NCBI GenBank assembly: GCA_013416795.1
Contig: RQSC01000012.1
Location: 258,527 to 322,526, forward strand
Source of the DNA: Prasinococcaceae sp. CCMP 1430
Lineage: Eukaryota > Plantae > Prasinodermophyta
Length of the DNA: 64,000 bases
Direction: 5' to 3'
Shown piece after piece: positions 29,850 to 40,598 of the stretch. Each line of letters begins with the position of its first letter. The stretch's first letter is position 1. Both the position numbers and the translations under genes were made by a program. The notes beneath the pieces are model-generated. The model saw nothing but the letters and a program-made list of their open reading frames with translations. It searched no databases and was not told the origin of the DNA.

Positions 29850-32800
29850 ATGGCGGGCGACAGGCCGAGGCGCAGCGTGGCGTCCGCCGCGGGTGCAACC
29901 GACGAGGCGGCGCCCGCCGCGGCCGCCGCGGCGAATAGGCGCATGTATTCGGGCACGCCAACGCGCATGTGCATGGCATCCGTGCACGCGGCGGCGCGCG
30001 CGAGGCAGCGCTCCGCGGCGGCGGCGGGGCGCGTCTCGGCGGTGGAGGCAGCCACGACGCCTGAGGGCGCGGCGGAGGAGGCGATGGGTGCGGTCGGGCG
30101 GGCTGCGTGGGAGGAGGTCAGCCTCGCGAGCGTGCCGGAGGATCAGGCGGAGGGCCTGCGCGTGCGCGTGTGGTCGCCCGCGCGTGGACGTTGGGTGCCT
30201 GGCCGCATTGGCGGGAGCGCCGGAGAGGCGCAGCCGAGGCAGCAGCAGGGCTGCGGCAGCGAGGGCGGCGCCATGCACGTCATCACGTACTCCGACGGCA
30301 GCGGTGAAGGTGTGATCGACTTGGACACCGATCGCGTGCAGATGCGCCATGGCCATGCGCCTGCTGCGGCGGCACCAGCCGTCGCCGCAGCTGCGCTGCA
30401 GCAGCAGCCGGTGCACGCGAGCGCGCCAGAGGCGCGGCAGGCGCAGGGCAAGGCGAGCAGGATTCGGAAGGCGCAACCCAAGCCGACAAAGCCCGCGATG
30501 AGGGAGGCCAAGAAGACGGCGGGCGCGACCAAGGGGGCCGCACGATCGCTGGCTGCCGGCACGGGCGTCGGCAACAGGCGCAAGACACCCGCCGCGCCCG
30601 GCGCCGCGGCCGTCGCGGCCGCCAGCGACAAGCAACCCAAGGCAAAACGCCCGCGCTCCAGGCCGTCGAAGCGCAGCAAGGCTGCTGCTGCGGCTGCCGC
30701 TGAGGCGGAGCGCCTCGCCAAGGATCCTGCCGAGGCTGAACGCCTTGCCAAGGCGGCCGCCGAGCTCGCAGCCAAGTATCCACCGCCCGTCGAGAGCGAC
30801 CCCGCCGAGAAGCAGGTGGGCGCGGTGCTCGCCATGACGCTGGCAGGCGTGCCCATGCCCACGCTGCCACCGACCATGAGCAAGCTCGCGGCGCACGCCA
30901 TCGCCACGATGGATCAGCGGACGCTTCAGCGGCGCTTCCGCATGATCTACGGCACGCCCACGGCGTCCAACAACAACGTGTGGCTGCGTCGCAAGCTGGC
31001 CGAGGCCGTCGGCCTGCGCCCACCACCACCGGCACTCTCGAAGGGCCGCCCGACCGTGCACTTCGTGCGCGAGAGGCCAGCGCTCTGGCTGGCGGTCTGT
31101 TTGCACATGGAGCACCTGCTCACCGATACTGATGCGGCCGCGCTCAAGCGCTGCGAGCTCGACCCGCCCGACCTGCCGGTGCCGCGCGTGGCCAAGCCCA
31201 AGGCGGCGAAGGCGGACGGCGCCAAGGTGGCAGCAGCGCGCAAGCGCAAGCGCCCTACGGCTGCTGAAAAGCGCATTGCGAAAGCAGCCAAGCTCGCCGC
31301 AGACGGCGGTGCCGGCGGTGCAGTGGCTGTAGCCGCCGCCGCCGCGGCTGCCGACAAGCTGCTCGCGCGTGCGCAGCAAGGCAAGCTGGCTGGCACGGCA
31401 GCCAAGGCCAACCGCGCGGCGCAGAGAGCTGCTAAGGAGCGCAAGGCTGCGGCTGCGCGCCAGAAGGCGTGCGACAAAGCGTGGGACGCCGCGCTCGCGG
31501 CGCCTGAGACGCCAGCCGAGTCGCGCATTCTTAAGCGCCTCGCAGCTGAGAGCGCCGTCGCCACCGACATCAACACGCCTGGCTTCCGCGAGCTTACGCC
31601 CGAGGAGCGCGCAGACAACGACAACGTGTCCGTCTCGCTGCCCAGGGACCGGTACGTGGTGTCAGCCACGGAGCGTGAGCGCCCCAGTATGGTGCGCAGG
31701 CCCGCCGACCAGCTCTACTCAGCCGACGCGGAGCTTCTTGGCGGCAGCGATGACGGCACGCGCGCGGCTTATCGAGCGCCGGCGCCGACATATGACTGTG
31801 ACACCGACGACGAGGCGTGGCTTTCTGCCGAGGCCGACAGCCTCTGCGTGGGCGCAAAGGATACGCAGGACGTGGCGCAGACGTACGAGACATTGATCGC
31901 TCTCTTCGACATGGAAGCAGACGCGTCAAAGAGGAGCGGCGTGCTGACATCCGGTGAGGACTCAGACAAGGGCTCCGAGCAGGGCGACGCCAAGGACAGC
32001 AAGGACAACTCCATCGAAAGCCTGAGCGGCGACGACAGCGCCAACGGCGAGTCGGACAACGCCAACACGCTGCGCGCACCGACCAGCAAGAAGGGCAGGG
32101 GAGCGGGCATGTCGACGTCGTCGTTGTGCGTGGAGGGCGCCATGGCCGTCGCAGCGAGCGCAGGGGTGCATGCAGCAGTGGACTTCGTGCGCGCGGTGTA
32201 CGAAAGATGGCAGCGGCGCAGGTCAGACGGTGGCATGCCACTGTTGCCGGCGCTGCGTCCTGGACCGCTCCTCCCGGTCGCACCCGGAGACCGCAGCGGC
32301 GAGCGCGTGCGCGCGTTCTCCGGCCAGCGGCCGCAGCTGAGGGCATCTCGCATGCGCAAGGGCAGCAGCACAGGAGCGCTGCGCTCCCAGTCCGGCGCGG
32401 ACGCCTCTGTTGCGGATCTGCAGAAAGCCGGGACAGCCGGCACGGGCCGCGCGGGAAAGCGAAAGCGTCCTGCAAAGGCGACCCAATCAGCTCGGCAGTC
32501 GAAGAGTGCAGCTGCGCTCAACGAGCTGGACGCCTATGTTCCGCTCGACGTTGACCGCATGGATTTTACAGATAGCCTCGTATCCGCCGACAACGAGGGG
32601 ATGGCGAGCCTGCTGAGCGGCGACGCAGATGGCAGCCCAAGCGAGCAGCCGCTCGCAGTTGCCGGCGCCAATGCTGGCGCCGGCGGCGGAGATGAAGGTC
32701 TCCTGCTCACTGTGCCTGTCCTGGACGCCGACATGTTCGATGCGCTCGACCCCAGCTCTGGGCTGCAGAGCCCTGCGCTCACGATGTGTGACATGCTCAT

Positions 32801-32918
32801 CGGGGATGCTGCGGCCGCGACGAAGGCAACGAGCATGGTGGCGTCGCTGAGCAGAGGAAGCGGCTTGCCGCAGGCGCCAGAGACGCTGCTCCAAGCGGGT
32901 GTCGATATGTGGGGCTGA
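29850..32918 (+). CDS. Tudor-like + Enhancer-of-polycomb-like (EPL1) chromatin protein
   Basis: Tudor-like VRVWSPARGRW..HVITYSDGSGEGVIDL. EPL-type PTYDCDTDDEAWL..YETLIALFDMEA and VRAVYERWQRRRSDGGMPLLPAL. Single 1022-aa frame; start uncertain. Confidence 0.65.
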   Translation: MAGDRPRRSVASAAGATDEAAPAAAAAANRRMYSGTPTRMCMASVHAAARARQRSAAAAGRVSAVEAATTPEGAAEEAMGAVGRAAWEEVSLASVPEDQAEGLRVRVWSPARGRWVPGRIGGSAGEAQPRQQQGCGSEGGAMHVITYSDGSGEGVIDLDTDRVQMRHGHAPAAAAPAVAAAALQQQPVHASAPEARQAQGKASRIRKAQPKPTKPAMREAKKTAGATKGAARSLAAGTGVGNRRKTPAAPGAAAVAAASDKQPKAKRPRSRPSKRSKAAAAAAAEAERLAKDPAEAERLAKAAAELAAKYPPPVESDPAEKQVGAVLAMTLAGVPMPTLPPTMSKLAAHAIATMDQRTLQRRFRMIYGTPTASNNNVWLRRKLAEAVGLRPPPPALSKGRPTVHFVRERPALWLAVCLHMEHLLTDTDAAALKRCELDPPDLPVPRVAKPKAAKADGAKVAAARKRKRPTAAEKRIAKAAKLAADGGAGGAVAVAAAAAAADKLLARAQQGKLAGTAAKANRAAQRAAKERKAAAARQKACDKAWDAALAAPETPAESRILKRLAAESAVATDINTPGFRELTPEERADNDNVSVSLPRDRYVVSATERERPSMVRRPADQLYSADAELLGGSDDGTRAAYRAPAPTYDCDTDDEAWLSAEADSLCVGAKDTQDVAQTYETLIALFDMEADASKRSGVLTSGEDSDKGSEQGDAKDSKDNSIESLSGDDSANGESDNANTLRAPTSKKGRGAGMSTSSLCVEGAMAVAASAGVHAAVDFVRAVYERWQRRRSDGGMPLLPALRPGPLLPVAPGDRSGERVRAFSGQRPQLRASRMRKGSSTGALRSQSGADASVADLQKAGTAGTGRAGKRKRPAKATQSARQSKSAAALNELDAYVPLDVDRMDFTDSLVSADNEGMASLLSGDADGSPSEQPLAVAGANAGAGGGDEGLLLTVPVLDADMFDALDPSSGLQSPALTMCDMLIGDAAAATKATSMVASLSRGSGLPQAPETLLQAGVDMWG

Positions 32919-33104
32919 TCACCCAATCGACGTCGCCGAGAGGGGCGTGTCAAGGTGTCGGCTCGATATCCGCGTCCTTTACAATATAGAATGCATGCCA
33001 CGCTAACAGTAGTAGACGATTCGTGGTGTCTGTGTAACACCACAAAGACTTTTTGTGCCTTGGCAGCAGTACCGGGTAGGTAGTCTACCGCTTTCTAGCT
33101 ACCC

Positions 33105-33155
33105 GAGAGAGAGAGAAAGAGAGAGAGAGAGAGCTAGAGCTAGAGCTAGAGCTAG
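33105..33155 (+). repeat. Compound microsatellite (GA)n-(GCTAGA)n
   Basis: gagagagagagaaagagagagagagagagctagagctagagctagagctag read directly. Confidence 0.9.
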
Positions 33156-33285
33156 TTAGGTGACCAGCGACTCTGGCTGCAGAGACAGAACTGTAGATTA
33201 CGTCCGGCTTAGGATTGCACGCGCGCGCCGCGAACGCGCGCGTCGGTGTGTCTATGCCAGATGCGCACAGAGCCTGCAGCGACCG

Positions 33286-36200
33286 CTACGGGCTGCCCAC
33301 CTCCCACATGGCCACCTCCTCGCCCGCGGCGCTCATCAGTCTAAAGCCGCCCCGGATGAAAGTGACGCATTCGACGCTGTTTGAGTGAATCAGGTAGTCC
33401 TCCCACGTGGCATCCTCGAGGCCAACGAGCCGCACGAGCCTGTCGGGTGTGCCGACAGCCAGATGTGTGCCCGCGGGGGAAGCGGCGATCGACCTGGGCA
33501 CGCCCGTCAGGGCGAGCCTGCGCGTGATCACGTCTGATGCGTAGTCCCAGAAAGTGAGCTCGTGCTTGGACGTGTTTGCGTAGACAAGCGTGGAGCGCGC
33601 GGCGCTCGCGGGCAAGAATGTCACGAGCCCGCGCCCGCCGCACGGCTCTTCGAAGGAGCGGCAGATGCCACGCTCGAGCGTGCCTCCACAAAAAGGCGCC
33701 ACGCAGGCCGCGCCGTCGTACCCCACCGCGAGCAGCCGCGAGCTCGCATCGGCGATCGCAGAGTGCGCTTGATCGCCACCCTTGATGCCCTCGAGGCGAA
33801 GCACCGAGGATCGGTCGATCGGCGCGAGCGATGACGCGTCGAGGACGAGCGCATCGCACGCCGCATCCACCGCCAGCAGCAGCTCGTCCTGTTGTATCCA
33901 GGACAGCGCGACGACCGGCGCGCTGCCCATCTCGAGCATGGCATCCATCACACCTTCGCGCACGGAGAACGAGCGCACCACACCGTCGACGTGCCCCGCG
34001 AGCACCTGGTCGCCGCCAGCGCTCGCGAGTACCGAGGTGACCGTGGCCGAGCTCGCGTTCGCTAACTCAATTTCGACGAGGCGCGTGAAGTTGTCGCTCG
34101 ACCACACTGCCACGGCGCCGCTTGCGAGGCCGGTGACGATCGCACCCGCGGCAGACGCCTCATGCACGCACGTCACCGCCGAGGCGTGCCCGGCGGCCAG
34201 TGGCACGGCAGTGCCTTCGAGCGCGTTGAGGTACAGCACGGTGCCCGCGGTGGTGCCGACCACGCCCTCCACGCAAGCTGAATCCATCACCATCGCTACG
34301 ACCTGCGCGCCCACGTCGACGGCGGCGGTTCCCTCCCACGAGTCCGCCCCCTCCTTTCGCGTCCAGATGATGACGCGGTCATCCGCGCCTGCGGCGAGCA
34401 TGATGTGGCCAAGCACGGTCAAGCAGCCGATCTCGCCATTGAGCACCTCCAACATGTTCTGGCAAACGGCCGACACGCCGAGCTCGAGCTCCCACACGCA
34501 GCCCTCCGAGTCTCCCACGAAGAGCGTGCCAGACTCATCAAAGGTCAGCGCGGTGTAGGAGCGCGCGGGCTCAGTGATGCTAGCCGGCGGCGCCAGTTCG
34601 CATACCAGGAGGTCACGGTCCCCGTCGTCGGCAGCCCCTTCCTCACCGGGCGGCAAACGCCACAGCGACAGCGCGTCTCCGCCCACAGTGACGAACTCCG
34701 GCACGCGCGAGTCCGCGCGCCAGCAGGCAGCATGCACTGGCGCCGGTGCCTCGGCGCGCGCAATCTCGGTGCCGGTTGCCACCGAGTACACTGCCACAAC
34801 AGCCTCGGGGCTTGTGCCCGCACTCAGCAGCAGGCTGCCGTCGGGGCTGAAGCAGATCGTCTGCACACCCGAAAGGTGCGCGTCGATGATGGCCGTGCAC
34901 TCGCGCTTTCCGACATCCCACAGACAGACGGCTGCAGGCGAGCCCAGCGCCCCAACGTGACCACTCGCGAGCGTGCGTCCATCGGGGGAGAGAGCCAGGG
35001 TGGTGATGTCTGCCTGAAGCTTGCACATGAAGCTCTGAGCGCGCGTTTGCAGGTCCTCGATCACCACCGATGCCGCGAAGCTGTACGCAAGCACGCCTAC
35101 GCCGGGATGCCAGAGCACGTTATGACGCCCCGACCCGTTGTAACCCACAACCTGGCACAGCTCCATCTTCGCGGAATCTGGCGGCGCTGCGTAATGCACC
35201 GCCGGATGGGGTGCCTCCGCCTCGGCGCTCGCGGCCTTCACCAACGCCTCAGTCGCGAGGCGTTCGGCGAGCGCTTCGATGGGCGCGACGGCGGCACCAC
35301 CGTCTCCCACGTCCTCCTCGATGGGGCGCAGCCAGTCGATGACCTCACGCGCGCTGCTCGCGTCCGCGGCAAGAGGCGAGTCCTCGGCGCGCAGCTCGTC
35401 CTCGAGCTCTTCAAGATTACCCCCCTCAGGCAGGGCACCTGACAGATCCATCTGCTGCAGCGCCGAAGCGATGGCTGTGTTCAGGCCCCCGTGAGGGCCC
35501 TCCTCGCCGTTCTCGAGCAACTCAAGCGCACCTGCATCCTTCGCGGGCATGTCGGTCGGCTCGATGGCCATGCCTCCCTCCGTCCGTGGGGGGTTGAGCT
35601 CTGGGTCAGAAGCAAGAAAGCTCCACACGTATATGGAGTCGCAACCACCCACAGTGACGATGCGCTTGCTGTCTGGGGAGAATCTCAGCCGCGTGATGTA
35701 GTCCACGTGCCCCACGAATACTTGACGCGGCGGGAGGCTGTTCCGACCAGCACCCTGCGGCGCGAGCGAGGCTTCGTACACGTGCACCGCACCGTCGGCG
35801 GCGCCAACGGCGACGAAGCGCCCGTCCGGGGAGACGTCGAGCGTTTCAAGTGTGGCGGCGTGCAGCGGCGGCGTGCTGGCGAGGATCGCGCCGGTGGCCA
35901 CGTCGAAGCGCTCGAGGCGCGCATCGGCGGTGGTCGCGATGACCTCGCGGCTGTCGGGAGTGAAGCGCAGCGCGACTATGCCTGCGTGGGAGCCAAACAG
36001 TTGCGCGCGTGGCGTGAGGTCACCGGCGGAGAAGATCAGGACAGTGCCCACATCTGGGCCTGCCGCAGCCAGGAGGAGGCTGTTGCTGCTCACGGCCATG
36101 GACATGCGGCACATCGAGGGGAGCCTGCCCGTTGACGCGTCCATCGCGGACGTAGCCACGAACTTGGTCGGCAGGTAGCCCTGCGCCACCGTGAACACAC

Positions 36201-38520
36201 AAACGTTGCCGTCGGCGCCAGCGGAAAGCATGTAGCGAGCGTCGGATGTGAAAGCGATATCCACAACGGCTGCGCGGTGCTGGTGATGCTCCTGCACGAG
36301 CCCTGTGGAGGGGATGTCGAAGACGCGGGTGACGCCGTTGTCGAAGCCGACGCCGATGCAGTGTTGCGAGGGATGATACGCGACGCAGGATGCCAACTCA
36401 TCGGGCGCGTCGAACTGGTACAGCTGCTCCATGGCATCGAGCGCCCACACGCGGATCGAGCCGTCCGCCGACACGGTCGTGACCTCGTTTCGGTTGGGAT
36501 CCATCGCCACGTCGAAGACTGAGTCGGTGTGCGAGCGCAGCAGGGTGCGATAACGGTGCGACGGAACATCCAGCACGCCCACCGATCCGCCCGCGGTGAG
36601 GGCGGCGATGGCGAGCCCGTCGGGCGTAACGCCAACGGCAGTGACGGGGGTTTCATGCTCGGCCTCGAGGAAGTAGTCAGAGAAGTCGACCGGCCACATG
36701 CGGAGGTATCGATCATCGGAGCCCGTGATGCAGAAGCCCTCGTTGACGATGATCGAATTGATTGGCCCGTTGTGCAGCTGGAAGACAGCTTCGAGCGTGC
36801 GGCGGCCGTAGTTGACCTGGAAGACAGCGCCGCTGGCCGACGCAACAAAGCAGTGACGCTCCTCGACTTTTTCGAGCCCATAGTCCACCTCGAAGGCGAT
36901 GTCAGTGAAGGTGTTGTGCGTGGTACCTGGCGGCAGGCTGGCGCGCGCCTCGGGGGCCACTTGGCGGTGTTCTCCGAGGTTGATGCTGCAGCCGCGCAGC
37001 CGGCCGTTTTTGAGGCGGTAGATGCGGATCGAGTCGCGGCCGCAGGTGACCAGATGGTCCTCTTCGAAGGGTGAGAACTTGATCGAGAGCACGCTGTACT
37101 TGGTACTGTGGCGCACGACCACGGGCGCCTCACTGGTTTCGAGCACGCGCGTGATGTCCCACACCACGATCGCCTGCCGGCCCGCCTTGTCAAGGCCCAC
37201 AGCCGTCAGGCAGCGCCCGTCCGCCGAGATGTGCATCGCTGCGATATCTCGTTCGTGGCCCGAGAGGATGCCAACACACGCTCCGCCTTTGAAATCCCAC
37301 AGGCGGATCACTGCCGGACGGCCCTCCTCGGCTGTTGCGAGCAGCGTGCCGGCGGAGTTGAAGGCTGCGGAGCAGATGCCGTTGGTGTGACCCATCAGGA
37401 AACGCTGCGCGCCAGAGGTGGCGTCCAGCACCACCACTGTGCTCGCCGAGCCGAAGACGAGCGATTTTCCGTCGGGCGCGCACGCGAGGTTGCGCGAGCG
37501 CTCGCCCGAGCAGCCGACGATGCGCTCGAGGGACATGATGGGGTCTGGACGCAGAGACGTTCCTTCGTATGGATCACCACCGGCGCCAACGAGCGCGGCC
37601 GCCGGTAGCGCCGCGGGGACTCTCTGGGTGGCGTAGATGGCATCGACTGCAGCGGGCGGCTTTGCCTTGGGTCCCTTGACATGGCGCTCCACACGCACCG
37701 CCTCACCCGCGTCCAGCGCAAGCGCGGCCTTGATGGGCGACATCGCGATAGGAGACTGGCGCGGCACCTCCGGCTTGCGTGGCAGCGGCTCAGGCTCAGC
37801 CTCCTCCGGCGAGTCCTCGGGCTCGCCCGGCAGCCATACCCACCCGTACGCGCTCTCGTGGGGCTCGCCGCCCACGCCGTGCATGGACGGCACCACCATT
37901 TCCCTGGGTACATCAGCGGGCGAGTACTTGTTGTCGCTTGTAAACACGCTACGCACGGACATGGCGGCGCAGAACTGCACGGCCTTGAGCGTCGCAAAGC
38001 GAGCTCCATTGCCGACGTGCTCGCGCAGGATCCCGGCGAGGTCGAACGCCACCACCTGCCATCGGCCGTAGCCCGTGCCTGCGTCGAGCGGCAGACGCAC
38101 AGCGCCGCCAGCCGAGCGCGCCGCAGTTTTGTATAGGTTGCTCACCGACACGCGCACGGTGTTCCCGTGCTCGCACGCGCAGTCCAGGTGGAACGCGTAG
38201 TAGCTTCCTGGCGTCAGCCTGCATTCGACGTACGCATAACGCCCGGTGAGGCCGAGGCCCGCGCCGCCACGCGCCTTAGGCAGGCGAAGGTAGTTCGCCG
38301 CGGGGACGCTGCCGCCCATTCGCCACGTCCACTTGGCGATGGCAGGGTCAGGCACCATCTTGACGTCGCCCGCGATGGCGCCGTTCTTGGGCGCGCCGCC
38401 CTTGGCGCCCGTGCCATCTGAGTACGCGCCGCAGAGCTTGAACGCGTCAACGAAGGGTTTCTGCCACAACCCCTCCGCGACGGGCTTCGCCGCCGCCTTG
38501 ACCGCGGCTGCCAACGCCCT
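33286..38520 (-). CDS. WDR90: WDR90/POC16-like centriolar protein (CFAP20/DUF667 domain + WD40 arrays)
   Basis: N-domain LWQKPFVDAFK..GSVPAANYLRLPK..LGLTGRYAYVE..VRVSVSNLYK, then many WD40 repeats (GHTNGICSAAF, SHTDSVFDVAMDP, GHVDYITRLRFSPD). About 5.2 kb with no intron. Start codon not resolved. Confidence 0.88.
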   Translation of the reverse strand, partial: RALAAAVKAAAKPVAEGLWQKPFVDAFKLCGAYSDGTGAKGGAPKNGAIAGDVKMVPDPAIAKWTWRMGGSVPAANYLRLPKARGGAGLGLTGRYAYVECRLTPGSYYAFHLDCACEHGNTVRVSVSNLYKTAARSAGGAVRLPLDAGTGYGRWQVVAFDLAGILREHVGNGARFATLKAVQFCAAMSVRSVFTSDNKYSPADVPREMVVPSMHGVGGEPHESAYGWVWLPGEPEDSPEEAEPEPLPRKPEVPRQSPIAMSPIKAALALDAGEAVRVERHVKGPKAKPPAAVDAIYATQRVPAALPAAALVGAGGDPYEGTSLRPDPIMSLERIVGCSGERSRNLACAPDGKSLVFGSASTVVVLDATSGAQRFLMGHTNGICSAAFNSAGTLLATAEEGRPAVIRLWDFKGGACVGILSGHERDIAAMHISADGRCLTAVGLDKAGRQAIVVWDITRVLETSEAPVVVRHSTKYSVLSIKFSPFEEDHLVTCGRDSIRIYRLKNGRLRGCSINLGEHRQVAPEARASLPPGTTHNTFTDIAFEVDYGLEKVEERHCFVASASGAVFQVNYGRRTLEAVFQLHNGPINSIIVNEGFCITGSDDRYLRMWPVDFSDYFLEAEHETPVTAVGVTPDGLAIAALTAGGSVGVLDVPSHRYRTLLRSHTDSVFDVAMDPNRNEVTTVSADGSIRVWALDAMEQLYQFDAPDELASCVAYHPSQHCIGVGFDNGVTRVFDIPSTGLVQEHHQHRAAVVDIAFTSDARYMLSAGADGNVCVFTVAQGYLPTKFVATSAMDASTGRLPSMCRMSMAVSSNSLLLAAAGPDVGTVLIFSAGDLTPRAQLFGSHAGIVALRFTPDSREVIATTADARLERFDVATGAILASTPPLHAATLETLDVSPDGRFVAVGAADGAVHVYEASLAPQGAGRNSLPPRQVFVGHVDYITRLRFSPDSKRIVTVGGCDSIYVWSFLASDPELNPPRTEGGMAIEPTDMPAKDAGALELLENGEEGPHGGLNTAIASALQQMDLSGALPEGGNLEELEDELRAEDSPLAADASSAREVIDWLRPIEEDVGDGGAAVAPIEALAERLATEALVKAASAEAEAPHPAVHYAAPPDSAKMELCQVVGYNGSGRHNVLWHPGVGVLAYSFAASVVIEDLQTRAQSFMCKLQADITTLALSPDGRTLASGHVGALGSPAAVCLWDVGKRECTAIIDAHLSGVQTICFSPDGSLLLSAGTSPEAVVAVYSVATGTEIARAEAPAPVHAACWRADSRVPEFVTVGGDALSLWRLPPGEEGAADDGDRDLLVCELAPPASITEPARSYTALTFDESGTLFVGDSEGCVWELELGVSAVCQNMLEVLNGEIGCLTVLGHIMLAAGADDRVIIWTRKEGADSWEGTAAVDVGAQVVAMVMDSACVEGVVGTTAGTVLYLNALEGTAVPLAAGHASAVTCVHEASAAGAIVTGLASGAVAVWSSDNFTRLVEIELANASSATVTSVLASAGGDQVLAGHVDGVVRSFSVREGVMDAMLEMGSAPVVALSWIQQDELLLAVDAACDALVLDASSLAPIDRSSVLRLEGIKGGDQAHSAIADASSRLLAVGYDGAACVAPFCGGTLERGICRSFEEPCGGRGLVTFLPASAARSTLVYANTSKHELTFWDYASDVITRRLALTGVPRSIAASPAGTHLAVGTPDRLVRLVGLEDATWEDYLIHSNSVECVTFIRGGFRLMSAAGEEVAMWEVGSP

Positions 38521-39684
38521 GGCCGCCTTCGCCGCCGGCTCGGCGCGCACGCGCGCCGGTGCGCATGCGCTGTGTGACCGACCACAGGAGCAGCCGCCGC
38601 CAGCGCGCCAGCGCTTGCGCGCGCTTTCGCGCCTCTCGCCCCAGGTGCGCTGATCGGCCGGGGAACGCGCGCGCGCGCGCTGCGCCTTTTCGAACGCCGC
38701 GGGCGCGCGACACCGCGCGCGACCGCGCGCGAGGGAGGGCGAAAAATGTCCATGTGCAGCGGGGTCAGAACGCCGATCCTGGCGCCGCGAGGCGCCGCAT
38801 GGGGAAGGCGAGACCGGGGCGCACATCCGCCCGGCGAGGGACGCCTCTCTCCATTTGCTAAATCCTTCACCACAAAATATTTAAAAAAAAAAAAAAACAG
38901 AAAAAGTCGCCTCGGGTGCGTCCGTCGGTCGGTCGCGCGGGCACACGGTGTGCGCGCACGCGCTCGGCATCGCAGCAGGCGGAGGGCGCTCGCGCGCGGC
39001 TCCTCGCCGCCGCTCTCGCCGCGGGGGAGGGCGGGGGGTTCGCGAAGTCGGCGGACGCCCTCGCCTCGGCCTCCGTCCCCCTCGGCGGAGGCCGCCGATC
39101 GCCGATCGCCGCCCCGCACCCCCGCGCGGCCCGTGCGCTCGCTCCGCCCTCTCCCCCACCTCCCGACCAAAAAAAAGAACAAAGGATGAAGTTCGCAGTG
39201 CTACAATTTCATCCACGCGCAGCGATACGGTGTCCTTTTCTGTCCCCGCGACGTGCACCGATTCACCGAGGAATGTATCCAATCCCGCGATCGCGCTCCG
39301 ACCGATGTGACGCTGCGGCGCGCGCAACAGCACCGCCGATGACAGGCTTGCTCGCCGGGGCTCGGCCTGCGTCAGGCAACGCATATCAAAACGCATGCGC
39401 GCGCAGGCGCGACGCCCGCACGCTTCTTTTTCGGCACCGGGGCGGCGGGCGGAGTCGTCCCGCCGCACGCATGACGCCGTGCGCCCCTCGCTTGATCGCG
39501 CTGCCAGGGGGGTGGGGGGCCGGGGCCACAGCGCGCGAGAGGGGCGCCCCCGCCCCCGCCCCCGCACCCCGCGCGACACGCGCACGCCGAGGCGCCAGCA
39601 GGAGGGAGGCGCGCCGCAGCAGGGGGAAGTTGCCCCTCCGCCCCTCCCGGCGGACGGCCCGGGAGGGCGGACGTTGCAGCGGTC

Positions 39685-40389
39685 ATGTCGGGCGTGGTCG
39701 TGCCGCGCTCGTTCCGGCTGATGGACGAGCTCGAGAAGGGCGAGAAGGGCCTGGGCGATGGGTCCGTCTCGTACGGCCTCGCGGACGGCGAAGACGCCGA
39801 GCTCAGCAACTGGACGGGCACGATCATCGGCCCCGGCGGCACGCCCTTCGACTGCCGCATCTACTGCCTGCGCGTGCACTGCGGCGAGCGGTACCCCGAA
39901 TTCCCGCCCGAGGTGCGGCGTGCGCCCCCGCGCGGGCGTCAGTGGCGCGGGGTGGGGGGTATGCCGGTGTGCGCGCGTTTCGCGCCGCGAGCAGGGCTGG
40001 GCCGGCCTCGGGGCGCGAAGAGATTGGAGGGGGTTGCGCCCCCCTTGGGCGCCACGGCTGGGACGCTTGCGGCGGCTGCCGAGCGCTCCCTTTTCTTGCT
40101 GCGGCGCGATCCTCCGTTGCGCACGCTTGCGGTGCCTTGTCGCGCTGACTGTTCTGCCCCGTGTGCACGCCTCTCTTCTCACACACCCTGATAGGTGTCG
40201 TTCGTCACTCGCATCAACCTGCCATGCGTGAACTCGTCGACTGGTGCGGTGGAGCCGCGGGCGTTCCGCACGCTTGGCAGCTGGAACTCGTCGTACTCCA
40301 TCGAGACGGTGCTCACTGCCCTGCGAACCGAGATGTGCTCGGCGGCGGCGCGCAAGCTGGCGCAGCCGCCTGAGGGCTCGGAGTTCTAG
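39685..40389 (+). CDS. UEV1: Ubiquitin-conjugating enzyme variant UEV1/MMS2
   Basis: [43 protein letters not shown] (exon 39685-39912), then [25 protein letters not shown] (exon 40195-40389). Confidence 0.96.
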
Positions 40390-40598
40390 GCGCGGCGCGC
40401 ACGCGTGGTGTAGGGCCGCACGCCATTGGTACTGACTGTCTCCTGGCGTCCGCGCTCGCGTGCGGTACTGAACAGCGTGTGGAATTTGTTACAGGAGTTG
40501 TCGTGAGAGTCTCCAGCGAGCTAGAGATGCTTTGCCGATGATTCGTCGGGACATCCAGTAGCCAGCGCGCGCGTGGCCTGACCGTGTGCCCTCACTTG

